Below, in pieces: positions 1 through 14,407 of a DNA stretch of 64,000 bases. Location: assembly GCF_009914755.1 (NCBI RefSeq), contig NC_060936.1, one strand, 5' to 3'. Each line of letters begins with the position of its first letter. The stretch's first letter is position 1. The position numbers and the translations under genes are program-made. The DNA comes from the human T2T-CHM13v2.0 reference genome, Homo sapiens. A model generated the notes under the pieces. That model was not told the DNA's origin and did no database searches. It was given only the letters and a program-made list of their open reading frames with translations.

Positions 1-244
1 TCCAAAATCTGGCATAAAGTCCCTTCCTTTTCTCCAGGATGCAGTGGTTCAGATCTTGAGGCAGATACTAGAACTCCTGACATCATCTCAGAATTCTTTC
101 ATTTGCAAATGCTTCAGGTACAGAAGTCCAAATGCTTATTGAAGCATTTACAAAATGCTTTGGGTGCAGAAGTCCAAATGCTTCAATAAGACCATGCAGC
201 TTAAAAGATTTGAGTATGTGAGATGTCAGTTCCTGTGCTCTAGA

Positions 245-298
245 TCAGTGGTCCCTAATCTTTTGGGAACCAGACAACTTTTCCATGGACTTGGGGGA
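245..298 (+). mobile_element. MER1 (hAT-Charlie) fragment
   Basis: cagtggtccctaatcttttgggaaccag...caacttttccatggac resembles the MER1 5' end. Confidence 0.5.
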
Positions 299-304
299 TT
301 CTGG

Positions 305-400
305 ATTCGATGCATTCCCATCTATGTGTTTTGCTTCTGTTGTCTGTACTTTTAGAGTCCTATTCAAAAAATCATTGCCCAGGCCCATGTAAAGAACTTT
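305..400 (-). mobile_element. Old L1 ORF2 3' fragment
   Basis: ttttgcttctgttgtctgtactttagagtcctattcaaaaaatcattgcccagg is typical antisense L1. Confidence 0.55.
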
Positions 401-1839
401 GTTGACTATACTTCAATAAAGATGGGAATAAAATAAAACACAATACAATAAATAAAATAAACTAAGAAGAAGAAGAAACAAATAAAAAATGCAGGCTGGA
501 CCCATCAGGGTTAACCAAGTCCATTAGCAGTAGGGAGAATAATTGCATCCCATCTCGACACGCATTCAAACTATCCTTTTCTCTTCATTTAATAGCCTCA
601 GTCCTCCCCTTCTCTGTCTGTGTAAGCATAGCATATGTGCCTTCCCATCTAAACAGCCATTTCCCCAGTTAAAACCACACTTGACTAATATAACACATAT
701 TCTCTACTTTACAAAGAGTACTAATTTAAAAGGATAGTGGAACATTATGCTAAAATATTGACTATAGAGTTCCATTTATGTAATGGATACAGCATACTGA
801 AACACTAAAATGTATATTGGAACAAGGATGCTTTCAAGTAAAAGCATGCAAAGGTGTAGATTTTAAACGCACGGCCATCGAACTCTGAAATATTTAAATG
901 AAAGGGGAGGAGGCATTTCGAGAGGACAAGGTAAAATGCACTGCATTTAAATATCTGGCCCACGTTTGGGATGGTTGCTGGTATCATTGGCATGTTCTAG
1001 TCTCTCTGTTTTCCTTGTGATTTTATTTTTCCTGGACTTACTTCAGCAGTGAAAAGAGTTCATATTCCAGCATAAAGACATCTTTCCACCACAGGGTGTC
1101 ATATATTGAAACATGAAAATAAACAGTGAAACATTCTTCAATTCGGGGTGCAATTATTTTATTACACACACTTATCTCAGCATTGTAATTTTAGCCATTC
1201 ACAAGCACATTATGATATGGGACAGAGCCCCTGTCCTTGTCCTCTTTTCCCAAACTTAGGACTTGGTAGAAAGGATCAGAGTCCACATTTAGGCATTCAG
1301 ATGGAAAGAAACGGTTCATTCTGTTGCATGTGCTGGTTGCCTTACTAGGTTTCATGCATTCTTCCAGGTTTCTCTGTGGGGTTACATACACCAAGTAGAA
1401 CTATGTAAAAAATAGAGGCGGCCTCAGTGGTTGCATGCAGGCTTTCGGAGGTGAATAAGCTGATCCTGCACTTCTAGTTACCCAGCTGCTTGGTGTGCGG
1501 GTGGTAGCAAACATCTCTATGATTTGGCAATGTTTCCATCCAAATAATTTGAAGTTGATGATTTTTAATAAATCTGAAAAGATAAATATGAACTTAAAAG
1601 TGTTAAAAGCATGTAGAAATTTTACCTTCAAGAGGCATTTTATTTATTCTCATAGTAGCCAGCCAAATGGTATTTGCAGATGCATATCCCATAGTGTTAA
1701 AGAAAGGAAGAGGTAGAGTATTTCTTATACCCCAGCTCAGGGGCCAAACCAGACTGAAACTCAGAGCCAAAGTTAATATTCCATGTCTACTTGATGGTTA
1801 TCCCTGTTCCACTATTGGGCTGTATTTGTTCATGGCTTA

Positions 1840-1851
1840 GATGTGTGTATG

Positions 1852-1892
<41 letters not shown>

Positions 1893-2143
1893 TTATGTGG
1901 GTGTCTATGTATGTGTGTATATATGGTGTGTATGTGTGTATGTCTTGGATGTTTGCATATGGTAACTGTATGTGTACTGTGTGTGTGTGTGGTTGTATGT
2001 GCATTTATGTATTATGTATGGCATGTGCTTGTGTGCTTGGATGAGTGTCTGATGTGTATTATATATTTATGTGTGTATGCACATGCATTTGTATGTTTGT
2101 ATGTGCATATATGTTTGTGTGTTTAAGTGTTGCATGTGTGCAT
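1840..2143. repeat. (TG)n microsatellite with long degenerate TG/TATG tract
   Basis: Pure (tg)n at about 1858-1890, then about 250 bp of degenerate TG repeats. Confidence 0.95.
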
Positions 2144-3967
2144 ATCGAGGGGAGGGATTTATATGGGTCCAAGTTCCCTGGGATGCTGATGCTGTGGAAC
2201 AGGAAGACCTACTCAGACATAAGAAAAGTGCAAAATGACCCTGGATTCTGTTTTGCTCCCTGAAGGTTTCTGTAGATGTGTCAGCTGGGAGACTGGTGCG
2301 TGCACTTGCCAAGCCCCCGCAGACTCTCAGCCATCTCTGCGTCTCCCAAAACTGCCAGCATCACCTTTGACATTTTAGCAAATGTTATTCCATACTCTCA
2401 GGATGAAAAGAGAAGTCTTGGCAACCCACGGTTTGAATACCTGGATGTGTCTCAGTAGTTCCCCTAAGCCAAGCCTGCTCTTTCGCCAAGCCCCACGGGC
2501 AGCCCATGAGTAAATGGAGTAGTGCGTCTCTGTGCAGCTAAGCCTGTGGAGCAGCGTGCTTGCATGCTTCAAAGAGTCGATAGAATAGGAGGCAAAATGC
2601 TCTCCCATACTTACGAGCCCTTTCTTCCCTATCGACATTACTTCCTACAACTAGAAAAAAACACCGTTTTCACTAATAGCTTCATCCTGTTCTTTTTCTA
2701 CGGGAAAACAGGAGAGCCAAGCTGCTGGCCACCGAGAGTTTTTCCCAGATCTCAGCATGTATGTATAGCTTTTAGTATAATTGGATTCAAAGAAAGAAGG
2801 AACAGAGACATTTTGAAATAAGATTCAGAAAAGAAAAACACTTTGTGTTTGGGAGTTTATTTGCAAAATGCAAACACTGCATTGAAAATATTTTGATATT
2901 GAAGTTCTTAACAGTTACTGAAAATTTCTTTATGTATTTAGATAATTTATATGGGTTATGGTGGGAGATGTTTGTTTTTTAGAAAAAATAAAATATATAG
3001 AAAAGTGTAGAAAATAGATTAATGTAAACCCCTCCCCTTGCTGGAAACCAGCGGGACACTAATACTTTCTTGACGGGAATTAACAACCCAGGAGGTTTTC
3101 AAACCCATCAGGGACATATTCCTCTCACCCTAAGAAGGCTGGGATGTTATCTATAGAAAAAACAAGCCAATCTTCGTGTTTTAGGAGAGCTTGAAAATAT
3201 CTCTGGCTTTAACTGTTGCTTTGGGTTATTTATTTAGATGAAATATTTTAATTTTATTTTAGGTTCAGGATCATCTCTTTAGACACTGCAGAGGCTAAGA
3301 GTAGGGGCAGCCCTTTTAGTCACTGGGATTAAAGGGCTATATGATGAGATGAACAATTTGAAATGTAGGGTCTGTGAGAGACTGCCTCCTCTCCTCATTT
3401 AAGAGTATTTTACTTTGTTTTAGGATGGCTTAAATCACCATTGACCTGACACTGTTCCCTCTATTTCTTAGACCTAAAGTCATGTAAAAAAACAGGCACT
3501 CTTAACTTTTATATTTTATTGCAAATTGAGAATTAAATACCTCCTTACTTTTATGATGAAATCTGACCCAACAAATTAAATAGCAAAAATGTGCAAGTGT
3601 AGACACTGCCTGTATAAGGCACTTAATTCCTACCTCTCTCGCTTCCTTACAGGGGAGGGCTCTTCCCCCTTTCAGATCCATTTTAGAAGTTTCTTTATAT
3701 CCTGGGTTCCTTGGGTACTCCTATGCAGGGCAGGCATTTCCCACGTGGGTAAACATTTTGGGTGGGAGTGGGGCAAGCACAGCTGGCTTCTGTGAGCACA
3801 CTCCACCCATCACTCAGCACTCTCGTTTCATCCCTCTGTTGTTGAAGACTCCACCAGCACAGCTGTGCAATGGCATGGGGTTTACCACCTCACATCTGCA
3901 TTAAGGCAACAGATTGTGCAAAACTCCATGAGCCAATGCTGCACAGAAAGATGTGGGGTTGCCAGAT

Positions 3968-4420
3968 GGAAGGATGGAGGTGCTCCTTCTTAGCACAGGC
4001 TTGGAAGGATGGAGGTGTCCCTCTTAGCACAGGTTCGGAAGGATGGAGGTGCTCCCTCCTATCACAGGTTTGGAAGGATGGAGGTGCTCCCTCTTAGCAC
4101 AGGCTTGGAAGGATGGAGGTGCTCCCTCCTATCACAGGTTTGGAAGGATGGAGGTGCTCCCTCTTAGCACAGGCTTGGAAGGATGGAGGTGTCCCTCTTA
4201 GCACAGGTTCGGAAGGATGGAGGTGCTCCCTCCTATCACAGGTTTGGAAGGATGGAGGTGTTTCCTCTTAGCACAGGTTCGGAAGGATGGAGATGCTCCC
4301 TCCTATCACAGGTTTGGAAGGATGGAGGTGTTCCCTCTTAGCACAGGCTTAGAAGGATGGAGGTGTCCCTCTTAGCACAGGTTTGGAGGGATGGAAGTGC
4401 TCCCTCTTAGCATAGGTTTG
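3968..4420. repeat. Minisatellite/VNTR, 34-35 bp unit, 13 copies
   Basis: Unit ggaaggatggaggtgctccctcttagcacaggctt and variants, counted directly. Confidence 0.97.
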
Positions 4421-5384
4421 GGATTCTGTGGGGTCTGTGTTGGTTGCTCCTGTGCCCACACCCTTTTAATAGTTAGCTTTCATGCAGAGCCTTATTTTCA
4501 ACTTGATCACTGTAAACTACACTTCAATTCAAAAAACAAATTGAAGGACCAGCATTCCTGATGATGATGTTCTAGGCAAGCCTCACATATCTTTGAAGAT
4601 TTAGGCAAACTCCTAGACATGGGAAAGGCAAGCACTGGAAGTGAAAAATTAAATAACAAAAATGATCAAAACCAGGAACAAAGAAATGGTTATAAAACCC
4701 TATGAAAGATACACACTTTCACTTTCCCTAATTATACCTGGGCTCTTGGGGGGAAATGGCTTTTATGCTGTATCAGTGGGAAATTAATGTTGACAGCATT
4801 GCTTATCTATAATATGTATCTAAATATCAGGCCGTCCTCTCACAAATTAGTTTGCACACCAGTCATTAGTCCTCAGCTACAGTCTATTGTCTCAGAGCAA
4901 TGAATTAGTTCTGGGCTTCTAGAATAGGTTTGAGAGAGAATTGGAGTGAAGTTCCCAGGAGACTGATAAGGCGTCTGCATGAACGCAGCAATGCATGGAA
5001 GGAGAATGAGGTAGAGATTTCTATGGGTTAGCAAATGAGGAGCTAGTGACCTGCTGGACCAGTGATGTGTTCACGTAGGTCATGGAAACAGCAAGAGATG
5101 AGCTTAACCCAACAGGGATCTTCTGACAAGACCAAAGAAGCAGCGTGAACATGTGCTGGATTGGAGAGCATATGTTCTTTTACTAAATTAACAGCTCAAG
5201 TACAACCTTCCCTAATCCCTTACCTGCTCTCTTTCACACCAGAGGCTCCCAGAAAGAGGCCGGCCAAGCTAGAGAAGGAGAGAAAGTCTGCAGTTAAATC
5301 AAGGACATAGTTTGGATCTGTATCTGGGACAGTGAGACTGTGTTCATTAACCAAGCTGGCCATGGGTGGATGTGAAGAGGTAGG

Positions 5385-6028
5385 CAAGCTGCACAGGTTG
5401 AGGGACTGATCCCACAAGACACTTCTGACACCAACTCCCAGCATAGAGGTTTCTGTAAACTACCTTGTGTTTTAACACTTTACTGGGATGATGCTCAGAT
5501 CCCAGAAAAGTGCTATCCTTATGAGTACAGTTTTGTTTAGTGAAATGATTCAAATTTAGAACCAAGCAAAGGATGAGACCCATAAGGAGGGGTCCAAGGC
5601 GAAGCTCCAGAGTCCTTTCCTCATGAAGGCCTTGACAGTGTTGCCTTCTTCAGGCTATGATGTATGACAGTACACACAGAGTGGTGCCCACCAGGAAGCT
5701 CGCCTGAGCTGCAATGTGCAGAGTTTGTATTGGGGCTGAACTGCGTGGATATGATTTATTGAACCATGGATCGCATGGTTAAACTCAGTTTTCGGTCCCC
5801 CTTCCTTACCTGGAGGATGACATCACCTGGCTCAGAAACTCAAACCTCAGGATACAGTTTTGGTCTTTCTGGCCTGGCCATCCCCTGCTGAGTCATCTCA
5901 TCAGCATAAGGCATCAGGCGTGAAAAATAAAGGTCCTCCAATCACTCAAGACATTTCAAGACTTTAGTGGTTATTTCCCAGGAGCTAGGGTAAAAGACAC
6001 AACTTTTGATAGAGTTGTTTGCCACACA
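5385..6028 (-). mobile_element. MER21-family LTR
   Basis: gcacaggttgagggactgatcccacaagac, cccaccaggaagctcgcctgagc and gagtcatctcatcagcataa; ends ccacaca. Confidence 0.6.
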
Positions 6029-8169
6029 ATGGCCTATTATTTAAACATAAGCAGAAAAGCCCATTTACATAGGAGAAGGTGAAGTTCCCCCTACTGAGTA
6101 AATTTGAGAGGGGCATCAGGAAAGAGAAGAAAGTTTGTGTTATGATCCTGTGTGACACATAAGGCATTCTTATCAGTCATCTCAAAGATGGGAGGAAATT
6201 GGAGTAGATATTGTACAATTGACAACATCACAGCTGTAAAATAATTCTCCATGTTTTCTTCTCTTACCCACTGTGTTCCCGGGGAGGTCAAAGTGTGATG
6301 CTGGGTTTGGCCTCTGTCTTCCTGGTCTGACCTCACAATTGATTGGGGGTAGATGTTGACTTAAAGTTGCAGGTGCTACTTATCTTGGGAAATAACTTCC
6401 CACAGTCCTATTATTTTACCCTTTCAAGAAACTTGGAGGCAGCTAGGTCAGAATATTAGTGTTTCATTTTGCAGATAAGAACCCTGGCCATTAGAACTGG
6501 CCCATAAACCCTCAGTGAATTGAGGGAAGAGCTATGATTAGGATCCAAGCCTTCCTCCTATTCCATGGTTCATTCCAATAATCCCACATGGAAGTCCACC
6601 ACTGCCCTTGGGTCATGAGAATGAGGCTGCTGCTACAGCTACAAAATGTAGTGCCAGAGACCATTCAGTCCCTTTTCTTGTGTCATCCACAAAGTGCAGT
6701 GGCTGGCTTAAGTATTAGAGTCGTTCCATATGTGTAAAGTAGAGGAAACCCTAACATCAGCCCCTTGAGCTAAGAAACCCCTTGGTGTTCGTTGTAGCAC
6801 CAGAAGCTTATGCCAGCACCATGTATTTTACCCCACAAAAATGGATGAGAAAGGAGCTGCCGAGCTGGGGAGGGGAGAAGGGAAATGAGCTATGTCATCA
6901 GGCCCTGAAACCCCAGATCAAACAACATTCCAGCACATAAATATTCATCCAAGCAGCATGTCCAGTTGCAGTCCATTTAGCATGACATTAACAGTGAGCT
7001 GTAAGACAAAAGCCCAGGAGCTCATTATCATGAGCCAGGCTTGGGAACATTTGGAGCAAGTTCTGAAATAATTAATGTTTCATTTGAATAATGTGATGAA
7101 CATGCACATTTGTTTTATTGTGGGGCTCTTTTGGAGATCCCTGCAACCCTCCCTCTTGTGGAATGCCTGGTGGCAAGGGACCTGCCCATCAGGAGGAAGA
7201 ATCAGGAGTGTTATTTTTAACTCCTCATCATTAGAGGAAACACACACATCTCGAAGTCTGGAAGGAGTGATTATTAGCCGTTCAGCTGAGAAATAGCCTG
7301 GTGTCTACAATGCATCATTTTCCAATTATTTAGATATTTTTCAATGCCTTAAATACTGGAGGCATATAAAACCCAGCTCATTTACTCTCCCTAAATTATA
7401 CTTTCTCCATCTGCCATGGTCTTACAGTTTAATAAAACCTCTACTTTTTACAAGCCCAATAAAATCATGGAAAATACGGAGGAAGCTCAGTTTCAGCTTG
7501 ATTTGGTTTTTGTTTTTCTTTTAGGGGGAAGAATTGATATATCTGAACTGGAAAATAATTTTCATATGCTCAGTTTGCTAATATAGTTTGGAGATTTTTT
7601 TAAGGCCACTTACCAAAAAAAAGGTAATTTTATGTTTTTCTTATGAGATATTCCAAAATACTGTGGCATTAGAAAGTTGTGATTTTCACTGGAAACAGAA
7701 AGAAATAAGCCAGATTTCCCCACCTCCATAAATCAATTCCAGATCCCAATGGTTTTGACTGCATTTATCAGTCTTTCTTTATTGAAACTCTCTGTCTCAC
7801 ATGTCTAGCCCAGAGCTCAAAATGCTGAATAGAAGGAAGGGAGAGGTCTGTGCACTTTGCTGAGTTTGTGCCATGGAAGAAATCTATACTCACACATGCA
7901 TGGAAAAGCGTCAATATTTGCAGTGGCAAAGAACTAGTAGTTATGCTAAGGTCAATTTCATGCCAAAACAATAAGAAATATTCTATATTTTATTAATTTT
8001 TTTAAAAACTTGTAGGGCCTCTGGGAATCCTACATGGGAACCCAGAATATATTCTGTCTATGTATTTCAGGTTCTGGAACTTCAGCTTTAGAAAATCAGT
8101 TTCATTGGAAACCCTCTTCCAGTGTGACCTTGTGTTATTGCCAACTAAAAAATACTCAAGTAGAGGATT

Positions 8170-8545
8170 TCCAAGACTAAGTTATATTTTTTCCTACAAC
8201 AAGATACCTAAAGCCACACATCCATGTGTTTGGTTCAGAAACTCTCCAGTGTCTTCCAACACCCAGGCTTTTTCCATCCCCCTGTTCCAGTTTCTTCTGA
8301 CTACTGGCTTGGTCCTTATATTGCCACCTCATGCCCTAAAATGGCTACCAGAGCTCCTAGCATCAGACAACCATACAACTGTATTCACACAACCATGGTC
8401 AAAAGAAGGACAAAGTCAGGTTTCTACATGTGCATCTCACTAATTACGGAAGAATCCCCTTACAGATGTGCCCGTTGAGATGTCCTCACAGGTATCTTTG
8501 ACCAGGATTTAGTTACACGTCTTTGACAAAGGAGTTTGGAAATCC
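8170..8545 (-). mobile_element. Old MaLR LTR fragment (MLT1J/K-like)
   Basis: cccaggctttttccatc...aaaatggctaccagagctcctagcatca motifs. Confidence 0.4.
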
Positions 8546-8907
8546 TCTCAAGTCTGTGAGTTGTATCAGAAAAAAAAAAAAAGGGAAAACAACTGAGAAG
8601 AGGCAAAGAAAGAGCTTTCTACATATACCTAGACCTGATTAAACTTTCCTTTGATCTCTAAAACCACTTTGCGGTTCATAAATCTTATTAACTCAAATGC
8701 CCTTCATTTGAAATTTATGATAATTTGGACAAGGACAAGGTATAAATTAAGAAAATATCTGGTAAGCGAATAAAATATTTCAAAATTAATAGTATCAAAT
8801 GATAGAAGTACAGAAGTACTACCAGCCCTTGCAAGGGATAAATAAACAGGTCCACATTTATACTGAGCTGATAAGATAGTGACAATTTAGTCTTATCAAG
8901 TGATTTA

Positions 8908-9243
<336 letters not shown>

Positions 9244-10059
9244 TAAATTTTATTTGAATACCATAAGTACTATATTTGACAGTTATTATATTTGATGTCA
9301 ATATTTTAATAATTCAAACTGTAACTAATGGAGAATTAATGTTTGTCAATTAGAAGGGTATACGATTTTGCTGCACTTCTATTCTGAATTCTCAACAGTC
9401 TTATTTGAAAAGAAAAAAAAATTATGGAATCGGAAACCTTAGTTTGTTTTGGCTAATGAGCAATTGGTCATACTCTTCCTTATCCAGAATGTGTTCATTC
9501 CTTTGGAACAACAGATCCTCAGCCTTTTGCTGGAAATCTTATGTCCAAGTTGAGAAAAATGAAAACTGGATTGAGAGGTGCAGAGGTGTGCCCCAGCATC
9601 CCCTCACTATAAGAATGAGTGGCTGTGCTGTGATTTACCCTGAGGGACAGCTTAACTTTGCTGCACCTTGAATGCCAATTGCCAGTTCCCACACATCCAG
9701 TTACGCCTGGGAAACAGAGACGCTTCTCCATCTGGCACTCATTGAGTGTCTTTCTGGCAGAGACAGGAACAAAACTAAGAACAACATTAAGTGTTACTCT
9801 ACCATCTCTCCTAGGTCCTGGGGTTATTCTGACAAACTCTAAGCCTGCACAAATCACCCATGAAATATAATATACACAGCTAGGGTCAGCCATCCAGGAA
9901 TCCTATCTAATAGTTTAGCCAAATCCACTCAGTACCAAGCATCACCACACACCACCTTTGTGCAATGTAGTGTCTCATCTGATGAGCTTACAGTTCTTCT
10001 GTCTTATATTGTTGTCATACATGGAATTTAAACTGAAAAATAGTACATATAAACAATTG

Positions 10060-10650
10060 TGTTTGACTGTATTCATTGCCCAAGCAGAAGCCACTTTTCT
10101 GTTTTCCTGCCAAACAATCTCAATTTTGTGCTGAGAGTAGCTGGGTATCCCATCCCCTGTCCCAAGGAGTACAGCCTGATTGGTCTGAGTCAGACATGTG
10201 TTACCACTCCCCATTGCCAGTGATTGGGCTAAGGATAGGCATGTGACCTGATAGTGGCCAATGAGGCAAAAGGGGAAGTCAGACGTGGTGCTTTGGGAAT
10301 GGGGACAGGCAAAGAACAATGACAACGAAAGCCAAATAAGAATAAAGAGACAAGCCAACATAAACAATTAAAGAAAAAAAATCATAAGAAAAACAAGATA
10401 GAACTTTCAAAAAAAAAACACATTTTTTTCTTGCCCCACTTTCTTCTTGCTTGGGAGGGTGATAGATTTGATGTTTGGCACCCAGGCAGGAATTTCTGTC
10501 TAAGGAAGTCTGGAAGAATTGCACGGACAGAGCCTTAGATCCCTGAGAAAGGCATGTCTCCAGACCGCCAGTTGTGAGAGCTAATTCATCATCCACGTCA
10601 TTCAACTGTTAACCGTAGTTAAGCAATCTGACTGGTGAAAGTAAAAAATG
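10060..10650 (+). mobile_element. Old MaLR LTR (MLT1J/K-like)
   Basis: gtgattgggctaaggataggcatgtgacctgatagtggccaatgagg core motif. Confidence 0.5.
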
Positions 10651-11487
10651 CCCATTGCTATTAGATTCTGATGCTTTCCAGAGGGGCTGAGCTTGATCCT
10701 CATGCTGCCTTTGATTAAAAGGAAAACCAGTGAGGGCTGGAGGTCTTAACAATATTTCATCCCCCAAATGAGACTTTCTCTTCAGTGTAATGTGAAGGGT
10801 TGAGAGAGAATTGAAATGAAGATGGAAGATGAAATAAAATGTCTCCCATGTGACTTTATGTTGTTTAACACTGTCTGGGTGTCACGTAAAGTCATATTGT
10901 ACAACACCAGTGAAGCAGGCACCCTTTGAAAAACATCGTTACAATATGTGCTATCCAAAATCAAGACTTTTGTACCTTTGAGGCTATGTTAAATACACAG
11001 GGTGAAGCACAAGATTTTTCTGGGTGTGAAATATTGACTGTGGGTGTTTGTGTAGATGTGCATGTTATGTACACAAAAATATCAGCCTATGAATTCTTCA
11101 GTCATTGTACTTTCAAATATAAAAACAAGAAATCAATAGATGATTAATAATGACTGAACTGAATCAGGATGTTTTCAGAAATAACAGTAATTTTGGCAGT
11201 AGTTAATAACAAATGCCATTGTTGGCTCAAACTTTGAAACAATGCAATATTTTGATGATTAAAATTATAACAATTTGGGTGTTTGGGGATTGATTGTGGA
11301 GTGGCCAGATGCTGTCAGAGGAAAGCAAGACCTGGCTCAGGGCTTATGTTTACGTAATTTGCCTTATCAATTAATCTGGAGGCAGCTTTCTGGTTTACCG
11401 TGTGGGTCTAGCTGCACTGTCAGCCCGTGTCTCTCCTACTGTGCTTTAAATAGCATTTTCCAATTTTCAGTCTTTTGTCAAATATTC

Positions 11488-11780
11488 TTTTTTTTTTTTT
11501 TTTTTTTTTTTTGAGACGGAGTCTTGCTTTGTTGCCCAGGCGTGATCTCACTGCAACCTCCACCTCCCGGGTTCAAGCGATTCTCCTGCCTGCCTCAGCC
11601 TCCCTAGTAGCTGGGATTATAGGTGCTTGCCACCACACCTGGCTACATTTTTGTATTTTTAGTAGAGAGAGGGTTTCATGATGTTGGCCAGGCTGTTCTT
11701 GAACTCCTGATCTCAAGTGATCCACCCACCTCGGCCTCCCAAAGTGCAGGGATTACAGGGGTGAGCCACCACCCCCATCC
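11488..11780 (-). mobile_element. AluS with small internal deletion
   Basis: Poly-T plus antisense Alu; TSD tcaaatattctt on both sides. Confidence 0.95.
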
Positions 11781-12152
11781 TCAAATATTCTTACAAAATT
11801 TCCTATAATTACCATAATGGCTGTACTATTATCTACTTAAGTAGATTACTTAATCTACTTAATTTAAAAGTCTTATGTCACTTAAATAAATATATTTGAA
11901 AAGGACATTCTAACAGGAAACTATACCAACATGATGAATGGAAAACCATTATCACTTGTCAAAAATCAAAGGTAATTATGGAAGTAAATACAATAGATAA
12001 ACATGAAATATCATTACCTAGTTACCACTATGTGCTTCAGGTTTACTGCCTGAGTTCTGCTTTTCTTTGGGAGTGGTCAGAAAGGAAGATTCAGTGGTAG
12101 CAGGAGGATTTTCAGTTATGTAAGCATCAAACAGAATTCTCAATGTAGCTGG

Positions 12153-12613
12153 CGTTAGTCCAAACTGCAGCATTTTGTAAGCCCCCGCAGTTTCACAGAC
12201 CTTGATGAGAGTGAAACATTCCACCGGGGCTCAGGCCGTGAGAAACATCCTACTAACCACCTGACCGCAAGGCGTAGGAACATCCTTATCATACCTTGCC
12301 AGGCAAAGGCTCAACTGAAGGAATGTCCCTACCATATCCCGCTGGGCAAAGGTCCAAGGAACATCCTATCACATCTCACAGGAGAAAGGGCCAAACCACC
12401 TGATCATAGGACCATCTTACCAATATCCTGCTGGGCAGCAAACCGTACTGCCCAGACATCCCCCTGCCAAACCTATAAATGACGCCAGCCTGTAAGCATC
12501 AGTGGGCTCTGACGTTAAGCTGGTCCTAGTGCTGGACATAAAAATCTGCTTTGCCGTAGAGCCGCCAACTCTCTCTCTTTCTTTAGCCCTCGCCTTCCCT
12601 TCAAAACCCAACA
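12153..12613 (+). mobile_element. Solo LTR (LTR32-like, ERVL)
   Basis: Begins (c)gttagtccaaactgcagcattttgtaagcccc, TATA-like cctataaat, ends cttcaaaacccaaca; flanks gctgg/gccag. Confidence 0.7.
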
Positions 12614-12714
12614 GCCAGAAGAACCCAAATCTTGTGGAAAGGGAATCCCTTGGTCGCCATATAATTGAGTGTGATTTAAATGGCAGATTTTGTGTCATCT
12701 AGAATTATGTCCTA

Positions 12715-12910
12715 AGGTAACAATCTCCCATGTTGTGGCTGACCAGGTTGGAAGTCCACCATGATAGGCAGCTGTAGACCCTCCCCCCATCCCAAGGGAT
12801 GGCTCATGATTAGCCTAATCCAATGGAGGTAATCCCATTCCCCTGTCAATGACTGGTTCAGGGATGGGGCAAGTAACCCAGTTTTACTCAAACAGATATT
12901 AGGAAATATC
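12715..12910 (+). mobile_element. Old MLT1-type LTR fragment
   Basis: atcccattcccctgtcaatgactggttcagggatggggcaagtaacccagtt. Confidence 0.45.
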
Positions 12911-12912
12911 TT

Positions 12913-13282
12913 TGTGGCAGGAAAATAGGGTCTGGAGGCAGGGAACATAAGGCCAATTTACACATCAGCTGTGACAGGAAATGTCATCTCCATAGGCCAT
13001 AGGCTGAGTAAATGACTTTGTAATTTTACTTCACCCTCTTCATTTATTTAAGACGTACACCAAGTAACCAGTGGAAACTTCTAGAGGGTATTTAAACCCC
13101 CAAAAATTCTGTAACGGTGCCCTGAGCCCCTATGCTTGGGCCCACTCCCACACTGTGGAGTGTACTTTCATTTTCAATACATCTCTGCTTTTGTTGCTTC
13201 ATTCTTTCCTGGCTTTGTTTGTACGTTGTGTCCAATTCTTTGTTTAAGAAGCCAAGAACCTGGACACCCTCCATTGGTAACA
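12913..13282 (+). mobile_element. MER61 solo LTR (ERV1)
   Basis: tgtggcaggaaaatagggtctggaggcagggaacataaggcc...ggacaccctccattggtaaca; TG...CA termini. Confidence 0.85.
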
Positions 13283-13420
13283 CCTTCTGTGCCTTCTAAG
13301 CAATATTTACCTCTTTGATAATAATTGTAATGTGAGAAAGCTCATCATTTGCCTCTGTCTTCCCATCATGTTTTAGAGGCTGTTCTGGGAAGGAGCATTG
13401 GAAAGATGACACAAATTTAA

Positions 13421-13816
<396 letters not shown>

Positions 13817-13913
13817 ACACATATCCTCATGGTTTAAGGACCTGTTGGCTGAATCTTCTGTGCCGTGCACCTGGAAACATTTCCAATTAATACACTTGTT
13901 TCCTGTTTATACT

Positions 13914-14407
13914 TGTGTGGACCCCAAATATCAAAGACAGATCTCAGTCAATTTAGAAAGTTTATTTTGTCAGGGTTAAAGACACAGCCTCAGGAAGTCC
14001 TGAGACATGTGCCCAACGTGATCAGGGGTACAGTTTGCTTTTATACATTTTAGGGAGACGTGAGACATCAATCAATATGGATAAGATGTGCATTGGTTAG
14101 GTCTGTTAAGGCAGGACAACTCGAAGTGGGGGCTTCCAGGTTAGAAGTAGGTAAGAGACAAAAGGTTGCATTCTTTCGAGTGCTTGATCAGCCTTCCACT
14201 AAATACACAGTTTAGTCTGGCTCAGTGAATCTGCATTTTTACATAAACAATAGGGGAGAGGGAGCAATCAGACAGGCATTTGTGTCAGGGGAGTCACAGA
14301 GGGATGACTGAATAGAATGAGAGGCAGATTGGCCCTAAGCAGTTCCCAGGATGACTTTTCCTTTTAGTTTGTGATTTGGGGGTCCCAAGATTTATTTTCG
14401 TTTCACA
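13914..14407 (-). mobile_element. MER4A-type solo LTR (ERV1)
   Basis: ctcagtcaatttagaaagtttattttg...ggtcccaagatttattttcgtttcaca. Confidence 0.85.

Noticed and set aside
1791-2263. Cys/Val-rich ORFs
   Set aside because: Translations of (TG)n repeats
3968-4420. CRISPR-like 35-bp repeats
   Set aside because: Head-to-tail units with no unique spacers, in primate DNA; this is a minisatellite
12913-13282. p53 site in MER61
   Set aside because: Some MER61 subfamilies carry p53 elements, but I see no paired RRRCWWGYYY in this copy
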